Source: Escherichia phage 241Ecol014PP
Length of the DNA: 64,000 nucleotides
Sequence record: OR062943.1
Direction: 5' to 3' (one strand)
In this document: piece after piece, positions 10,015 to 20,307 of the stretch
Position numbering within the stretch: the first letter of the stretch is position 1
Layout of the letters: every line of letters starts with the position of its first letter
The notes under the pieces: generated by a model
Database searches by the model: none
What the model was told of the DNA's origin: nothing
What the model saw: only the letters and a program-made list of their open reading frames with translations
Program-made: the position numbers and the translations under genes

Positions 10015-10439
10015 TGAGCACACATCCTCGTCTAGTGGACTGGCAAGAAAGATTGTGGAAAGTATTTGACGAAGAGGCCACCATACCTTTTGAATGGGGA
10101 TTTCACGATTGTTGCACCTTTGCAGCCAAGTGTGTTGATGCCCAATACGGAACAGATTTTCTTTCTAACTTCGAAGGAACGTATAAAACAGAGTTGGAAA
10201 GCAAAAGATGGTGCATGCTTCATTTCAAAACCACACACCTGCCTACTATTTTTGATTTCTTTATGACTCGACTGGATACTCCTAAACAGGTTCAGCGTGG
10301 AGATATTGTCATTTTCGAAGGTCTGAACGGGCTCACCGCTGGTGTGTTCTGGAACAACCAGATTTGGGCTAAAGGTGATAAAGGGGTCTTTATGTTCGAC
10401 ATGAAAGATTCTATCGTTGTTGATGTCTGGAGGTATTAA
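10014..10439 (+). CDS. gpK-like NlpC/P60-fold tail protein
   Basis: ATG 10014 overlaps upstream stop (TAATG), RBS GGGAGG; FHDCCTF (Cys motif) and QRGDIVIF blocks align with lambda K C-terminal domain; second catalytic His not evident. Confidence 0.5.
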   Translation: MSTHPRLVDWQERLWKVFDEEATIPFEWGFHDCCTFAAKCVDAQYGTDFLSNFEGTYKTELESKRWCMLHFKTTHLPTIFDFFMTRLDTPKQVQRGDIVIFEGLNGLTAGVFWNNQIWAKGDKGVFMFDMKDSIVVDVWRY

Positions 10440-13400
10440 TGCCAATTGCAATGATTGATAACATCGTTGCTTCTGCAAGATCTTCAAGTTATGACTGGAA
10501 CGCATCCAAGGCAGCTCTGGCTGACAGCCTGAACACTGTTACCACCAGAACTCTGGATAAGATTTTTGAGGGCAACAAATCTTACAGAAGTCAGCAAGAT
10601 AGACAAAAGCTTCTCAGATCTTCTGCTGCACCTTGCTCTGTAGTGTATGGGAAGACACGCACATCCGGATTGCTTGCGTTTTTGGAGCAGGATAGCGACA
10701 GAACCCTCCATTGTGCTATTGTTCTTGCTAATCATCCTCTGGAAGGTATAGAAGACATACTCATCGACGGTAATCCTATTTCCTCGTATGGAGATCTGGT
10801 ATCGTGGGAGCTACATAACGACAGAAAAACATCTGATCCTTTCATGGGTACACACTGCCCATCATGGTCACCTGACATGATAGGTAGAGGGATTAGTTGG
10901 CTACGTGCCAGTTTCAAGTTTGACCCTAACAAGTTTCCTTTTGGGTTGCCAAACGTTACACTCGTTAAGGTTGGTAAAAAATGCTATGATCCTCGTATCA
11001 GTAAAGAGGTGTACACCAATAACGCAGCCTTGGTGATCCTAGACTATTTAAGAACGTACCTTAAATGTCCTGACGAAACCATCAACTGGGAGTCCTTTAA
11101 GGAGGCTGCCAACATATGCGACGAAGCGGTAAAAAACGCTGACGGAACCAGTGAGCGACGTTACACCATTAACGGTGAGTTCGACATGGATGAGGCTCCA
11201 GCAAGTATTATGGCAGAAATGTTGAAAGCTTGTGGTGCAGATCTCAGTTATGTAGCTGGTAAGTATGGTTTGCTGGTTGGTGCATACTATGGCCCGGCAA
11301 CAATGACACTGAGTGAGGACTGTGTCTGCGGTGAGGTCAAGATCTATCCGGAAGCCTCGTTTGACAAAAGATCCAACACAATAACTGGCAGATTCACTAG
11401 TCCGACCAAAGGGTATTCTGAAACAGATTTTCCATCAGTGTTTGTCCCAGAGTGGATAGAGAAGGATGGAGAAAGAAAGATAATCGATATAGACTATCGC
11501 TTTGTTACCAGCCCTTATCAAGCTCAGCGTGTTTCTGCAATCTTCTTAAGACGTGCTAGAGCTGGCAGGATTATTGAAGTCACCTGCAATATGCGAGGTT
11601 TTAAATTTAAGCCTGGTCGTTATGTTACAATGGACCTCCCAAGTATTGGTATAGTGGGCCAAGAAATGAGGGTTCTTGAATGGGAGTTCACCAAAAAGGG
11701 CGGTGTCAAGGTAAAACTTCGTCAAGATGCTAAAGAGTGGAATGATGCCACAGGGCAACTTCCGGATTCCGGTGATGTAGATATTCCGATATCCCCGTCC
11801 GGTGTAGCTCAGCCGCAAAACTTCAGATACTCCGTTCTCCAAGCTGGGGAAGTAACTCACGGTGTTTTGGCTTGGGACAACGTTGGGACTTACGCTCAAA
11901 ATATTGTGCAAGTAAGAAAGAACGGAGAGATTGTTTGGACAGCACAGACAGTTGAGCAGTTTGTCAGAGTAGAAGGTTTGACCAAAGGGTCATACACAGC
12001 AACCGTGGTTGCAACATCTTATAAAGGTGGTGTATCTCCAGAAGCGTACTGTGAGTTTAACATTCAGGCACCTGAAGCTCCGGTTTCTGTAGAGGTTAAG
12101 CAAGGATACTTTGCTATCACCTTGATTCCGCATAGTAGGGATTTAGCAAGTGTTAGCACCCAGTATGACTTTTGGACATCTGGTATGACAAGGTTGCCCG
12201 ACACCAGTGATGCAACCGTTACTTCAAACGCCACCCGTATGGGTGTTGGTTCAACTTGGACATCTGAAGGCCTGCAGAACGATAAGGTTTATTATTGGTA
12301 TATTCGAACCACAAACGCTTTTGGTAGTTCTCAGTTTGTAGAATGCGCTGCACGTTGCTACACCTCTATTGAGGATTTGATGCCTCAGATAGATGCTGAA
12401 TTCAAAAAGACAGAAACTTATAAAGAGTTGATGAGCACTTTGGATTCCTCTATTGAAGAGGTTGAAAATCGTGTCACAGAACTTAACAGGTACATGGATG
12501 GTAGGGTAGATGAAGCGTTCCAGCAACTTGGGGACAGAATAGGTGCGGTAGTTACAGAAACAACTCAGAAGTTTGAAGATGTCAATGGTAACATTACAGC
12601 GCTGGATAGGAAACTTGTTGCTGCACAGAACAAGTTCACCAACGATCTGAACACTGAAAGTGGAAGATTGGCATCCCTGATTGAGACAACCAATAAAGCA
12701 ACTACTGATCTTCTGAACAAAAAGACAGAGGCTTTAGATGAGAAATTGGTTGCCGCCAAAGGTGAGCTGGTAGAGCAGATAGAGGGAGTTGAGAGCGGGT
12801 ATTTAGCCGGAGATAAAACTCTGGATGGTAAGATCAATACCCAGAGAACAGAACTTGACGCAAGCATCTTGAGCACTAACCAGGCCACTGTGGATCTTTT
12901 GAACAGGACATCTGAAACTCTGGATCAAAAGATCAGTCAGACAAACGCGACGGTATCTAAAAACTATACCACCCTGGATGGCAAGATAACCACCGCAAAA
13001 ACTGACCTCAACACCTTGATTGCCAATACCAACAAGACCACCACTGACTTGTTGAATCAGAAAACATCTGCACTGTCAGAGCAAATAACTTCTGCACGTG
13101 GGGAGATCTCTACCAACAAGCAAGCGATTGATGCTTTGGATGGAAAACTGACCTCCACAAAAACAGCGCTGGATGCTACAATTTCCGATACCAACAAGGC
13201 CACTGTGGACCTTATCAACGGCACAGCGTCAGCTATTCGTCAAGAACTTGCTGTTGCTAAGCAGGAGATCATTGATGATGTTGGAGATGTGTCCGAGATC
13301 AGGGCTGCAGTAGCTACAACATCTAAGGCTGTGACCGACTTAGAGGGTAAAGTAAATGCTCAGTGGGGCACAAAAATACAGGTAGACTCCGCAGGGAATA

Positions 13401-14278
13401 AATATGTTGCAGGTATCCAGTTGGGGATGGAAGGGTCTGGGGGCCAAGTTCAATCCTACTTCATGGTTAGTGCAAACAATTTTGCGGTATACAACCCCGG
13501 CAATGGAACAGCAACCCTTGCTTTCGCAATCAAGAACAACCAAGCATTCTTGAAAGACGCTTTTATAGAGAATGGCACGATCTCCTCTGCCAAGATCGCA
13601 CAAGAAATTTCGTCAAACAACTACGATGGCAACGGGTACCATAAATACGGTTGGTATATTAACAAGAACGGGCACGCCCAATTTATGGATGTGTGGGTGA
13701 AAGGCAACATCAACGCTAGTTCTGGTAACTTCACAGGGGCAGTTAACGCCACTAGTGGTACCTTCCGTGGAGATGTTTATGCCAATAATGGTAGCTTCAG
13801 GGGCACCATAGATGCAACCGGAGGTACCTTCCGTGGGCGTGTAGAAGCTTCTGTTATTCGTGCCAACCAGTTTGAAGGTGCAATTGTTGCACACAGGACT
13901 TACGGGGATTGTGCACCAGTATACAACTCCCGGCAGAGGGTTTGCCGTTGGAGGTGGAGATACGTAGATAACGTTTCAGGTCAGGGTAAGAACGTAACAT
14001 TCTTCTTTAAACTGAACGGTACTCGTGCCAACTCCCAACTAAATGCGTGGATAGCTGGTCATCAACTCCTTGCTGGCAAGAAGTACGGAAACGACAACGA
14101 TGGCATGTGTGCAGTTGGGATAACAGGTCTAGGTGAACAAACTATAGACATTATTATTGAAATCTACACCCCGTGGTCAACGTCAAACGTGACAGGTATT
14201 ACAATATCCTGTCCTACTGTGGTTGTTAGTCGTTCTAACTCCAGCTTCCAGGGACCTTGGAACGAGTCTCACGACTAA
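10439..14278 (+). CDS. lambda gpJ-like tip attachment / central tail fibre protein with inserted coiled-coil repeat stalk
   Basis: 1279 aa; blocks QGYFAITLIPH, YYWYIRTTNAFGSSQFVE, KYVAGIQLGMEG...NNFAVYNPGNG...NNQAFLKDAFI match lambda J from memory; FN3-like region; C-terminal GxFxG repeats. Confidence 0.75.
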   Translation: MPIAMIDNIVASARSSSYDWNASKAALADSLNTVTTRTLDKIFEGNKSYRSQQDRQKLLRSSAAPCSVVYGKTRTSGLLAFLEQDSDRTLHCAIVLANHPLEGIEDILIDGNPISSYGDLVSWELHNDRKTSDPFMGTHCPSWSPDMIGRGISWLRASFKFDPNKFPFGLPNVTLVKVGKKCYDPRISKEVYTNNAALVILDYLRTYLKCPDETINWESFKEAANICDEAVKNADGTSERRYTINGEFDMDEAPASIMAEMLKACGADLSYVAGKYGLLVGAYYGPATMTLSEDCVCGEVKIYPEASFDKRSNTITGRFTSPTKGYSETDFPSVFVPEWIEKDGERKIIDIDYRFVTSPYQAQRVSAIFLRRARAGRIIEVTCNMRGFKFKPGRYVTMDLPSIGIVGQEMRVLEWEFTKKGGVKVKLRQDAKEWNDATGQLPDSGDVDIPISPSGVAQPQNFRYSVLQAGEVTHGVLAWDNVGTYAQNIVQVRKNGEIVWTAQTVEQFVRVEGLTKGSYTATVVATSYKGGVSPEAYCEFNIQAPEAPVSVEVKQGYFAITLIPHSRDLASVSTQYDFWTSGMTRLPDTSDATVTSNATRMGVGSTWTSEGLQNDKVYYWYIRTTNAFGSSQFVECAARCYTSIEDLMPQIDAEFKKTETYKELMSTLDSSIEEVENRVTELNRYMDGRVDEAFQQLGDRIGAVVTETTQKFEDVNGNITALDRKLVAAQNKFTNDLNTESGRLASLIETTNKATTDLLNKKTEALDEKLVAAKGELVEQIEGVESGYLAGDKTLDGKINTQRTELDASILSTNQATVDLLNRTSETLDQKISQTNATVSKNYTTLDGKITTAKTDLNTLIANTNKTTTDLLNQKTSALSEQITSARGEISTNKQAIDALDGKLTSTKTALDATISDTNKATVDLINGTASAIRQELAVAKQEIIDDVGDVSEIRAAVATTSKAVTDLEGKVNAQWGTKIQVDSAGNKYVAGIQLGMEGSGGQVQSYFMVSANNFAVYNPGNGTATLAFAIKNNQAFLKDAFIENGTISSAKIAQEISSNNYDGNGYHKYGWYINKNGHAQFMDVWVKGNINASSGNFTGAVNATSGTFRGDVYANNGSFRGTIDATGGTFRGRVEASVIRANQFEGAIVAHRTYGDCAPVYNSRQRVCRWRWRYVDNVSGQGKNVTFFFKLNGTRANSQLNAWIAGHQLLAGKKYGNDNDGMCAVGITGLGEQTIDIIIEIYTPWSTSNVTGITISCPTVVVSRSNSSFQGPWNESHD
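12600..13290 (+). repeat. in-frame tandem repeats (~45-aa heptad-like units, 4-5 copies) inside the gpJ-like gene
   Basis: Repeated peptide units L(D/N)x(L/I)IxxTNKxTTDLLNxKTxxL...; corresponding nucleotide repeats are visibly similar. Confidence 0.6.
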
Positions 14279-14286
14279 CCTTTAAA

Positions 14287-14312
14287 GCCCCGCTTCGGCG
14301 GGGTTTATTTTT
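14287..14312 (+). terminator. rho-independent terminator (UUCG tetraloop)
   Basis: CCCCGC-ttcg-GCGGGG followed by TTTATTTTTAT, 9 nt after stop at 14278. Confidence 0.7.
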
Positions 14313-14321
14313 ATGCTCAGA

Positions 14322-14350
14322 TTGACTATTGTTACAAAATTTGGTAAAAT
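14322..14350 (+). promoter_or_regulatory. sigma70-like promoter TTGACT-N17-TAAAAT with TGn extended -10
   Basis: TTGACT 14322-14327, spacer 17 ending TGG, TAAAAT 14345-14350; upstream of ORF 14384. Confidence 0.5.
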
Positions 14351-14383
14351 ACCTTGTAGAGATTTTCATACCGGAGGAGTGAC

Positions 14384-15874
14384 GTGGCTAAGTATGGATT
14401 GACAGAGGCTGGTTTCGTTATACCAACCCTAAATGACCTAATCGTTGAAACTAAGCAAAGCCTGATCCGTGCTTTTGGCGAAAACTTCAACGTACAGAGT
14501 AACTCCGTTGCAGATAAGCTGACCACTATCTTCAACGAGCGAGAGTATCAACTTATTCTTATGGCAGCATCTGTATACGCATCACAGACGCTGTATGGGG
14601 CAGAAGGTATTTACCTAGATGAGCTTCTTGGAAGACAGGGTATTTACCGAAGAGGCCGTTCTAAATCATCAGGTACCTGCCAGTTGACAATCAACACAAC
14701 TGTGCCGTACAATATGATTTATGATTCCAAAACTTATACGCTGGACAGTGGCAACTTTGTTCTTAGTAATGATGTGCAAGTAGCAGGGAATCTTATTGCT
14801 CACAGAATAAATGCTCCAGACCTAAGGATTGGGAAATACAACTTCCAAATTACCAACCAAACAGACGGAAGTATCAAAACAAAAAGCCTGGTTTTAACAG
14901 ATAAGTCTCTGGACTCTTCTGATTTGCCAAGCTTTTACGGAGAGATTAAGCAATTCATTGTCGATAATACAACCCTGTTGAACGACGATTTGATTCAGAT
15001 CGATATGTTGACAGGAACGTTGTGGATAGGGTACAATTCGAATCTTGATCAAGTTGGGCTTAACAGCAGGGTAGATTTCAGAGTATCCCCGATTGTAGGG
15101 GAAAGAACTATCACACTGGATGTTATCGCTAACGAGGCTGGTGAGCTGTCAAGAGAGGCAGAAACCGTGACAACAATGTCACCTACTCCCAGTGGATTCA
15201 TCAAGCTTACCAACCGAGAAAGATTCAATGAGGGCAGGGATGTTGAGAAAGACTCAGAGTATCGCTTAAGAGCTTCCAGCACAAAACAGTTAACATCTAA
15301 GGCTACCCGTCCTGCAATCCTTAGCGCTGTAAGCGAGGTGAAAGGTGTTGAGAAAGTGAGAGTGTTCTCCAACAACACCGATAAAACTGATGCTAAAGGT
15401 ATACCTCCTTACAAGTTCCAAGTGGTTGTGTTTGGTGGTGCAACGGAGGACATTTGCCAAGCACTTTACCAAACTATAGCCTGTACGAACAGGACTTATG
15501 GTAATATTTTCTACGATGTAACTACATCTGACGGTCAAACTGAAAGAATTTATTACTCCAAGGCAAATACCTACCGCCTAGATGTAAGAATTACCTACTC
15601 CGGTGCCGCACTTTCCACAACAGAAAAAGATGCCATTGTAGAGGCTCTTTTGCAGGTTGTTAACGGACTGGATGTTGCAGATACGTTGTATAATATCCAA
15701 TTGGTCGGTGCTGCATCTGCTGCTGTGTCAATAGGCAGATTTAATAGACTGGTAATTCAAGTTAAGCCAGTAGGAGCTTCTGATGAAGCTTACACTACAA
15801 ACGATATTGTTGCGAACATGACCGAGGTGTTTGACCTCGACGAAAGTAATATAACTTTCCAACAAACTATTTAA
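14384..15874 (+). CDS. baseplate J-like protein
   Basis: 496 aa; GTG start with RBS GGAGGAG; N-terminal block ...YGAEGIYLDELLGRQGIYRRG... resembles P2 gpJ/baseplate_J from memory; gene order J-I-(x)-H-G-like. Confidence 0.45.
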   Translation: MAKYGLTEAGFVIPTLNDLIVETKQSLIRAFGENFNVQSNSVADKLTTIFNEREYQLILMAASVYASQTLYGAEGIYLDELLGRQGIYRRGRSKSSGTCQLTINTTVPYNMIYDSKTYTLDSGNFVLSNDVQVAGNLIAHRINAPDLRIGKYNFQITNQTDGSIKTKSLVLTDKSLDSSDLPSFYGEIKQFIVDNTTLLNDDLIQIDMLTGTLWIGYNSNLDQVGLNSRVDFRVSPIVGERTITLDVIANEAGELSREAETVTTMSPTPSGFIKLTNRERFNEGRDVEKDSEYRLRASSTKQLTSKATRPAILSAVSEVKGVEKVRVFSNNTDKTDAKGIPPYKFQVVVFGGATEDICQALYQTIACTNRTYGNIFYDVTTSDGQTERIYYSKANTYRLDVRITYSGAALSTTEKDAIVEALLQVVNGLDVADTLYNIQLVGAASAAVSIGRFNRLVIQVKPVGASDEAYTTNDIVANMTEVFDLDESNITFQQTI

Positions 15875-15885
15875 GGCGGCGAGAT

Positions 15886-16572
15886 ATGGCAGAGATTAAG
15901 TCGGATGTTAACCACATCCACACTCTGCCAGATTTTGTTCAGGGGGGTCTTGACTACCTACCTGGAGATTTTCTGGCTGAGAAGGTTAATTTAGTCACAT
16001 TCTTAACCGTATACCTTAAAAGGTTGGAGGATGTTGATAAGATGCTGGTAGGTTTGGCTGAAGGAAGATTGCTTAACAATGCCAGCGGAAGATACCTTGA
16101 CGAAGTTGGTAATCAACTTGGTATTCTTAGGAATGGACTTTCAGATGCTGATTTTCGTGCCACACTAATTATTCAGCAGGCCGCAGCATCAAGGGGCGGG
16201 ACTCGCGAAGATGTCATCTCCACCTTGCGACAATTGTTCGGAAGAGACAATTTCGATACGTGGAAAGGAGACAACTTCAGGTTTGACATAAATATTAGAA
16301 AAACTTGCTTTGACATATTGCAGTCTATCGATCAGATCTTAGATATGCTACCATTGCCTTGTCATTTGCGTCTTACAGAATCGCAAGGGCAAGCTTTTGG
16401 TTTTGAAGGGGACTCTACAGCTCTGGGCTTCGGATCAGTGTGGGAAGAAAACCAATTCGGAGTTGGTGGGCTGGCTACTTTGCTGTATGTTCCTGACGTA
16501 AGACCTGATTGGGACACCACAACCATTTATTGTGAAAGTATTACAGTAAACGCAACTAGACAGGAGGGTTAA
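15886..16572 (+). CDS. baseplate/tail protein (possible gpI/DUF2313-like)
   Basis: 228 aa; RBS GGCGGCGAG region; position directly after J-like gene; weak motif similarity only. Confidence 0.3.
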   Translation: MAEIKSDVNHIHTLPDFVQGGLDYLPGDFLAEKVNLVTFLTVYLKRLEDVDKMLVGLAEGRLLNNASGRYLDEVGNQLGILRNGLSDADFRATLIIQQAAASRGGTREDVISTLRQLFGRDNFDTWKGDNFRFDINIRKTCFDILQSIDQILDMLPLPCHLRLTESQGQAFGFEGDSTALGFGSVWEENQFGVGGLATLLYVPDVRPDWDTTTIYCESITVNATRQEG

Positions 16573-18644
16573 TGGCAACAGCTGTTTTTAAACCTTACCG
16601 TGATTACTCTACAATGGCTGCACAGTTTCATTACCGAACAGTTCAGGATACTGCCGTTCCTGGTAGAGATTATAATCATGTTGAGGGCGATGTAACTATC
16701 CCAATTGGGGCAACCAGTATTGAGATCCCCGTGGAAATTGTTGACAAATTACCCAACAGGTTGCCAAGAAGCTTCTTTATGGAGTTTTCATCAAAATCTC
16801 AAGGGGTAATGATTGGAACACAAAGGGCGAAATGTACAATAGTTTCAGATGAGAATCTCGACAGGATATCTTGGGATACTGTTGAGGAGAGAATGTTCCA
16901 CCCAAGATATTGGGTTACAACTACTCAGCAGACTGAAAGTACCTGTATTGTTGCAGATAACAACTGTTGTATTAACCGTTTAGTGTCAAGAACATATGGA
17001 GGTATGGCTGGGTGCATTTGGGAAACAGTTGACAAGTATGACCATTTCGGCATTGGGTTTGATGATCATTATGAGATGAGAAACACCAAGCTATGGTTCA
17101 GAATGTCAATAACCAACGCCAGCAACTTCTCCACTCCTGAAAAGATGATTATGACTGTAGACCTTGTTGATGGCACAATCATCTATGTTCCTTTAGCTCA
17201 ATATGCTGTCAGCATCTCAGAGGATAAGAATGTTGCAGAAATTCATATTGATTTTGAGGACTGCGTCGGGATGGACCAGAACAACAACATGATGGGTGTT
17301 GATCCTCGGCAGGTGAGAAGGATTTTAATACCACTTATGCCTAAAGACTGGGTAAGTAACAGCACAGACCCGAGAACGGAAAACGTAGAGTGTGAGTTGC
17401 GCCTAGATCTGCTTCAGCCAGACACAGGCTGGAAAATGATGCAACTTAATAATATCCAGGTGAAAGAACACGACGTTGGAATCTGCACAGCATATGACGA
17501 TATGTGGAACGTATCCCCTTTAAGGGTGTTGAACAATATCAAACGTCTGGGCTATACCGGAACCATAAACCATTATGTTGGTATGAGTCATTATTATGAC
17601 TACACATGGTCAGGAACCCAATGGTCTATAAACAAAACAGGAGCGCTAAACGCTGCAGCTTATAAATGGCATGATGATTTTATGTACAATGCCAAACGAC
17701 ATAACTTCGACGTTATGCAATCTGTAAGTTTTGAGCTTTTCAGTGATGCCTGCCCGTTGGAATGGACCCAAAGAGACTGGAACGATAACTACGCTAAAAC
17801 AGGGTATACACCTTGTAGTTACCTCCTGTCTCCAACCATTGAAGAGGGTATGAATTTTCTTACTGCAGTATTTAAGAATTTTGCATCAGCCGCTATGAGA
17901 AACAATCTGCCAGTGATTATGCAGGTTGGTGAACCATGGTGGTGGTACAATACCGATACTCGTAGACCTTGTATTTATGATTACCCTACAAAGCAGGCGT
18001 TTTATGATGAGACAGGTGAGTATGCATTAGATATTGGGACTATTGACGATCCTAAAACTGGCGGTGTTTACGATAAGTATGTAGCATTTTGTCGTGGTAA
18101 GCTTGGCGCTCGTATTGCAGCTATTTCAAAGGCAATAAAGGCACACGCTGCATCAGCTCAGATGACAGCTTTGCTGTTTTTCCCAACCATCATGGAAACC
18201 GAGCTTACACAAAAGCTGAACCTTGCTGACCAATATAAAAAGGAAGCAGGTGCTCTTGATTTCTTCTGTACCGAGTGCTACGATTGGGTGATGCAGGGAG
18301 GTATTGAAAAGGCAAAAGAGTCTGTAAACATACCTATCGTTAAGTTAGGCTGGCAACCGTCTGAAATACAATACCTTGCAGGGTTCGTTCCTAGTAAAGA
18401 GCTTGCTCCGGTATATGGCTACGACCCAACTAGGAATTACCAAGAATTTTTATGGAGATGTATTTGCGGAAACATGGCAACTATAGAGTATAGATACCCT
18501 GAGGTAAAACAGTATGTGTGGGCATACCCGCAAGTAATGTCTGACAGCATCACTGTTACCGCTAGAGATTCTACCGTGCTTCATATGGGGCAGGTTGCTC
18601 TGAAAGGGTATGTAGAAGATGTTGTCCCGCCAGACTTCTCATAA
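16572..18644 (+). CDS. structural protein with N-terminal Calx-beta-like domain, possible tail-associated hydrolase
   Basis: 690 aa; N-terminus TAVPGRDYNHVEGDVTIPIGATSIEIPVEIVDK...CTIVSDENLD fits Calx-beta pattern; remainder Trp-rich. Confidence 0.35.
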   Translation: MATAVFKPYRDYSTMAAQFHYRTVQDTAVPGRDYNHVEGDVTIPIGATSIEIPVEIVDKLPNRLPRSFFMEFSSKSQGVMIGTQRAKCTIVSDENLDRISWDTVEERMFHPRYWVTTTQQTESTCIVADNNCCINRLVSRTYGGMAGCIWETVDKYDHFGIGFDDHYEMRNTKLWFRMSITNASNFSTPEKMIMTVDLVDGTIIYVPLAQYAVSISEDKNVAEIHIDFEDCVGMDQNNNMMGVDPRQVRRILIPLMPKDWVSNSTDPRTENVECELRLDLLQPDTGWKMMQLNNIQVKEHDVGICTAYDDMWNVSPLRVLNNIKRLGYTGTINHYVGMSHYYDYTWSGTQWSINKTGALNAAAYKWHDDFMYNAKRHNFDVMQSVSFELFSDACPLEWTQRDWNDNYAKTGYTPCSYLLSPTIEEGMNFLTAVFKNFASAAMRNNLPVIMQVGEPWWWYNTDTRRPCIYDYPTKQAFYDETGEYALDIGTIDDPKTGGVYDKYVAFCRGKLGARIAAISKAIKAHAASAQMTALLFFPTIMETELTQKLNLADQYKKEAGALDFFCTECYDWVMQGGIEKAKESVNIPIVKLGWQPSEIQYLAGFVPSKELAPVYGYDPTRNYQEFLWRCICGNMATIEYRYPEVKQYVWAYPQVMSDSITVTARDSTVLHMGQVALKGYVEDVVPPDFS

Positions 18645-18656
18645 TCAGGAGATAAA

Positions 18657-19697
18657 ATGTCAAAACCTAGTTTTCCATTAGAGATTTGGGCAGAGGAGGA
18701 TCAGGTTCTGCCTAACACCCACAGACAGAACAGGCTACGCCCGATTGATGATTTGTGGAGAAAAGGTTGGGATCTTGGTCAAAAGCCCTCATGTGAAGAA
18801 CTTAACTATATTTTCAATATGCTCGGGACTTGGGCAAAATACATTGCTGACGAGCAGATCCCCGCTCAAGAAGGCCGTTATCTGGTACGTGATAATAACT
18901 TGAGTGATCTTTTGAACATTCCTGTTGCCCGTAGAAACCTTGGGATTATTACTAAGGAAGAGGCAGACGCCAGGTATGTAAAAGTTACAGGTGATACAAT
19001 GACAGGCCCACTGGGTTTGCAACGTATCAACTTTAAAGCTGCCGAGACAGATAAGGCTTGGATAGAGACAACTATTGGCCCAGATAAGACAACTCTCGAC
19101 TTTGGGTTAAGTGATAATATTGGGTCGTTTGATGATGGTGGCACATCTACAATAGATGCGTTTCGTTGGAGATTCCAGCCAACTCAGCCGGATATTAATC
19201 CAGAGTTCACTTTGATGTACCTTAACGCGATCACGGCTAACCGTGCGCTGTTGAAAGTGGTCGGCAATGTTGAAGTTGTCGATAACATGAGGTGCAATAA
19301 CCTTACTATCAGCAATACAGCAACATTCACCAACTGTAATGTGGCTAGTCAGTTGACGGCTGGGTCAGTATATGTTAATGGTGGTGCAAGTTGTGACAGT
19401 ATGGTTGTAAGAAGCCAGCACTGTGTTGTAGGTAACAGAAATGTGGTTCGCTCTGTGAACGGAGTGACGGCTAACGGTAACGGTGATGTAACGATCACTA
19501 TCCCGCAGACGGGTGTGCAAGACATCAGAATCGGTGCAAGACTTGTGGACGGCGTTTCTGAATCTCCAATCCGCAACGGCTACGTTGTCACAGGCTGGCA
19601 TTTCGGTGACAAAAAAGAGATGCGTGGTTCAACTTACTGGGCAGGACCTTTACAAAAACTTGTAAATGGTCAATGGATCACTGTTAATTATGCATAG
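18657..19697 (+). CDS. side tail fibre protein (P2 gpH / lambda Stf-like C-terminus)
   Basis: 346 aa; C-terminus ...GPLQKLVNGQWITVNYA resembles P2 gpH end (...QKYINGTWYNV...) from memory; followed by Tfa-like gene. Confidence 0.65.
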   Translation: MSKPSFPLEIWAEEDQVLPNTHRQNRLRPIDDLWRKGWDLGQKPSCEELNYIFNMLGTWAKYIADEQIPAQEGRYLVRDNNLSDLLNIPVARRNLGIITKEEADARYVKVTGDTMTGPLGLQRINFKAAETDKAWIETTIGPDKTTLDFGLSDNIGSFDDGGTSTIDAFRWRFQPTQPDINPEFTLMYLNAITANRALLKVVGNVEVVDNMRCNNLTISNTATFTNCNVASQLTAGSVYVNGGASCDSMVVRSQHCVVGNRNVVRSVNGVTANGNGDVTITIPQTGVQDIRIGARLVDGVSESPIRNGYVVTGWHFGDKKEMRGSTYWAGPLQKLVNGQWITVNYA

Positions 19698-19711
19698 ATC
19701 GGAGGACTAGC

Positions 19712-20296
19712 ATGAAAATACTTCAAGAGTTTAAACTTTACCAACCGGGATCTGGCGAATACCACGCCAACAAGGAAACCAAAGAGCTGACCCCTCAAGA
19801 GGTCGAGGATTACACCGCATACACTGGGTATTTTTTACGTAATGATGATGGTGATTGGTATGTGCAGTCACGAACATTACGACAAGAAAATCCAGGGTGT
19901 ATCTTCCTACTTGTTGACGAGAAGGGAATTCTTAAGACATCTACAGAAGAACCTGATGCCTTATGGCCTGCTCCAGGTCTTCGTGTGGTTATCGCCAAAA
20001 AAGAAGAGGTACCAGAAAACATTATGCTTCACCACGACGATTTGCGTTTAGTTGGTGATGAATTTGTCACAGACAATGAATTCTTTGTTCAACAGGCAGA
20101 GGGTGTCATAGAGACAGAACTTGCTTGGGCTACTGCTAGAATTGGTGCCTATCAAGACATGATTGACCTTGAATATGATCTTACTGATGACCAGAAACGT
20201 AACATCAGAGATTTGAAAATGTACAGGGTAAAACTTCTTGAAATAGATACATCTAAAGCCCCTGACATTTTCTTCCCGGAGCGACCTACCCTCTAA
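19712..20296 (+). CDS. tail fibre assembly chaperone (Tfa-like)
   Basis: 194 aa; C-terminal ...DLKMYRVKLLEIDTSKAPDIFFPERP resembles Tfa C-terminal motif; downstream of fibre gene. Confidence 0.6.
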   Translation: MKILQEFKLYQPGSGEYHANKETKELTPQEVEDYTAYTGYFLRNDDGDWYVQSRTLRQENPGCIFLLVDEKGILKTSTEEPDALWPAPGLRVVIAKKEEVPENIMLHHDDLRLVGDEFVTDNEFFVQQAEGVIETELAWATARIGAYQDMIDLEYDLTDDQKRNIRDLKMYRVKLLEIDTSKAPDIFFPERPTL

Positions 20297-20307
20297 GAGG
20301 AGGTGTT

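Noticed and set aside
12600-13290. Periodic nucleotide repeats considered as a possible CRISPR-like or satellite array
   Set aside because: Repeats are in frame within the gpJ-like gene and encode coiled-coil heptads; no spacer/repeat architecture.
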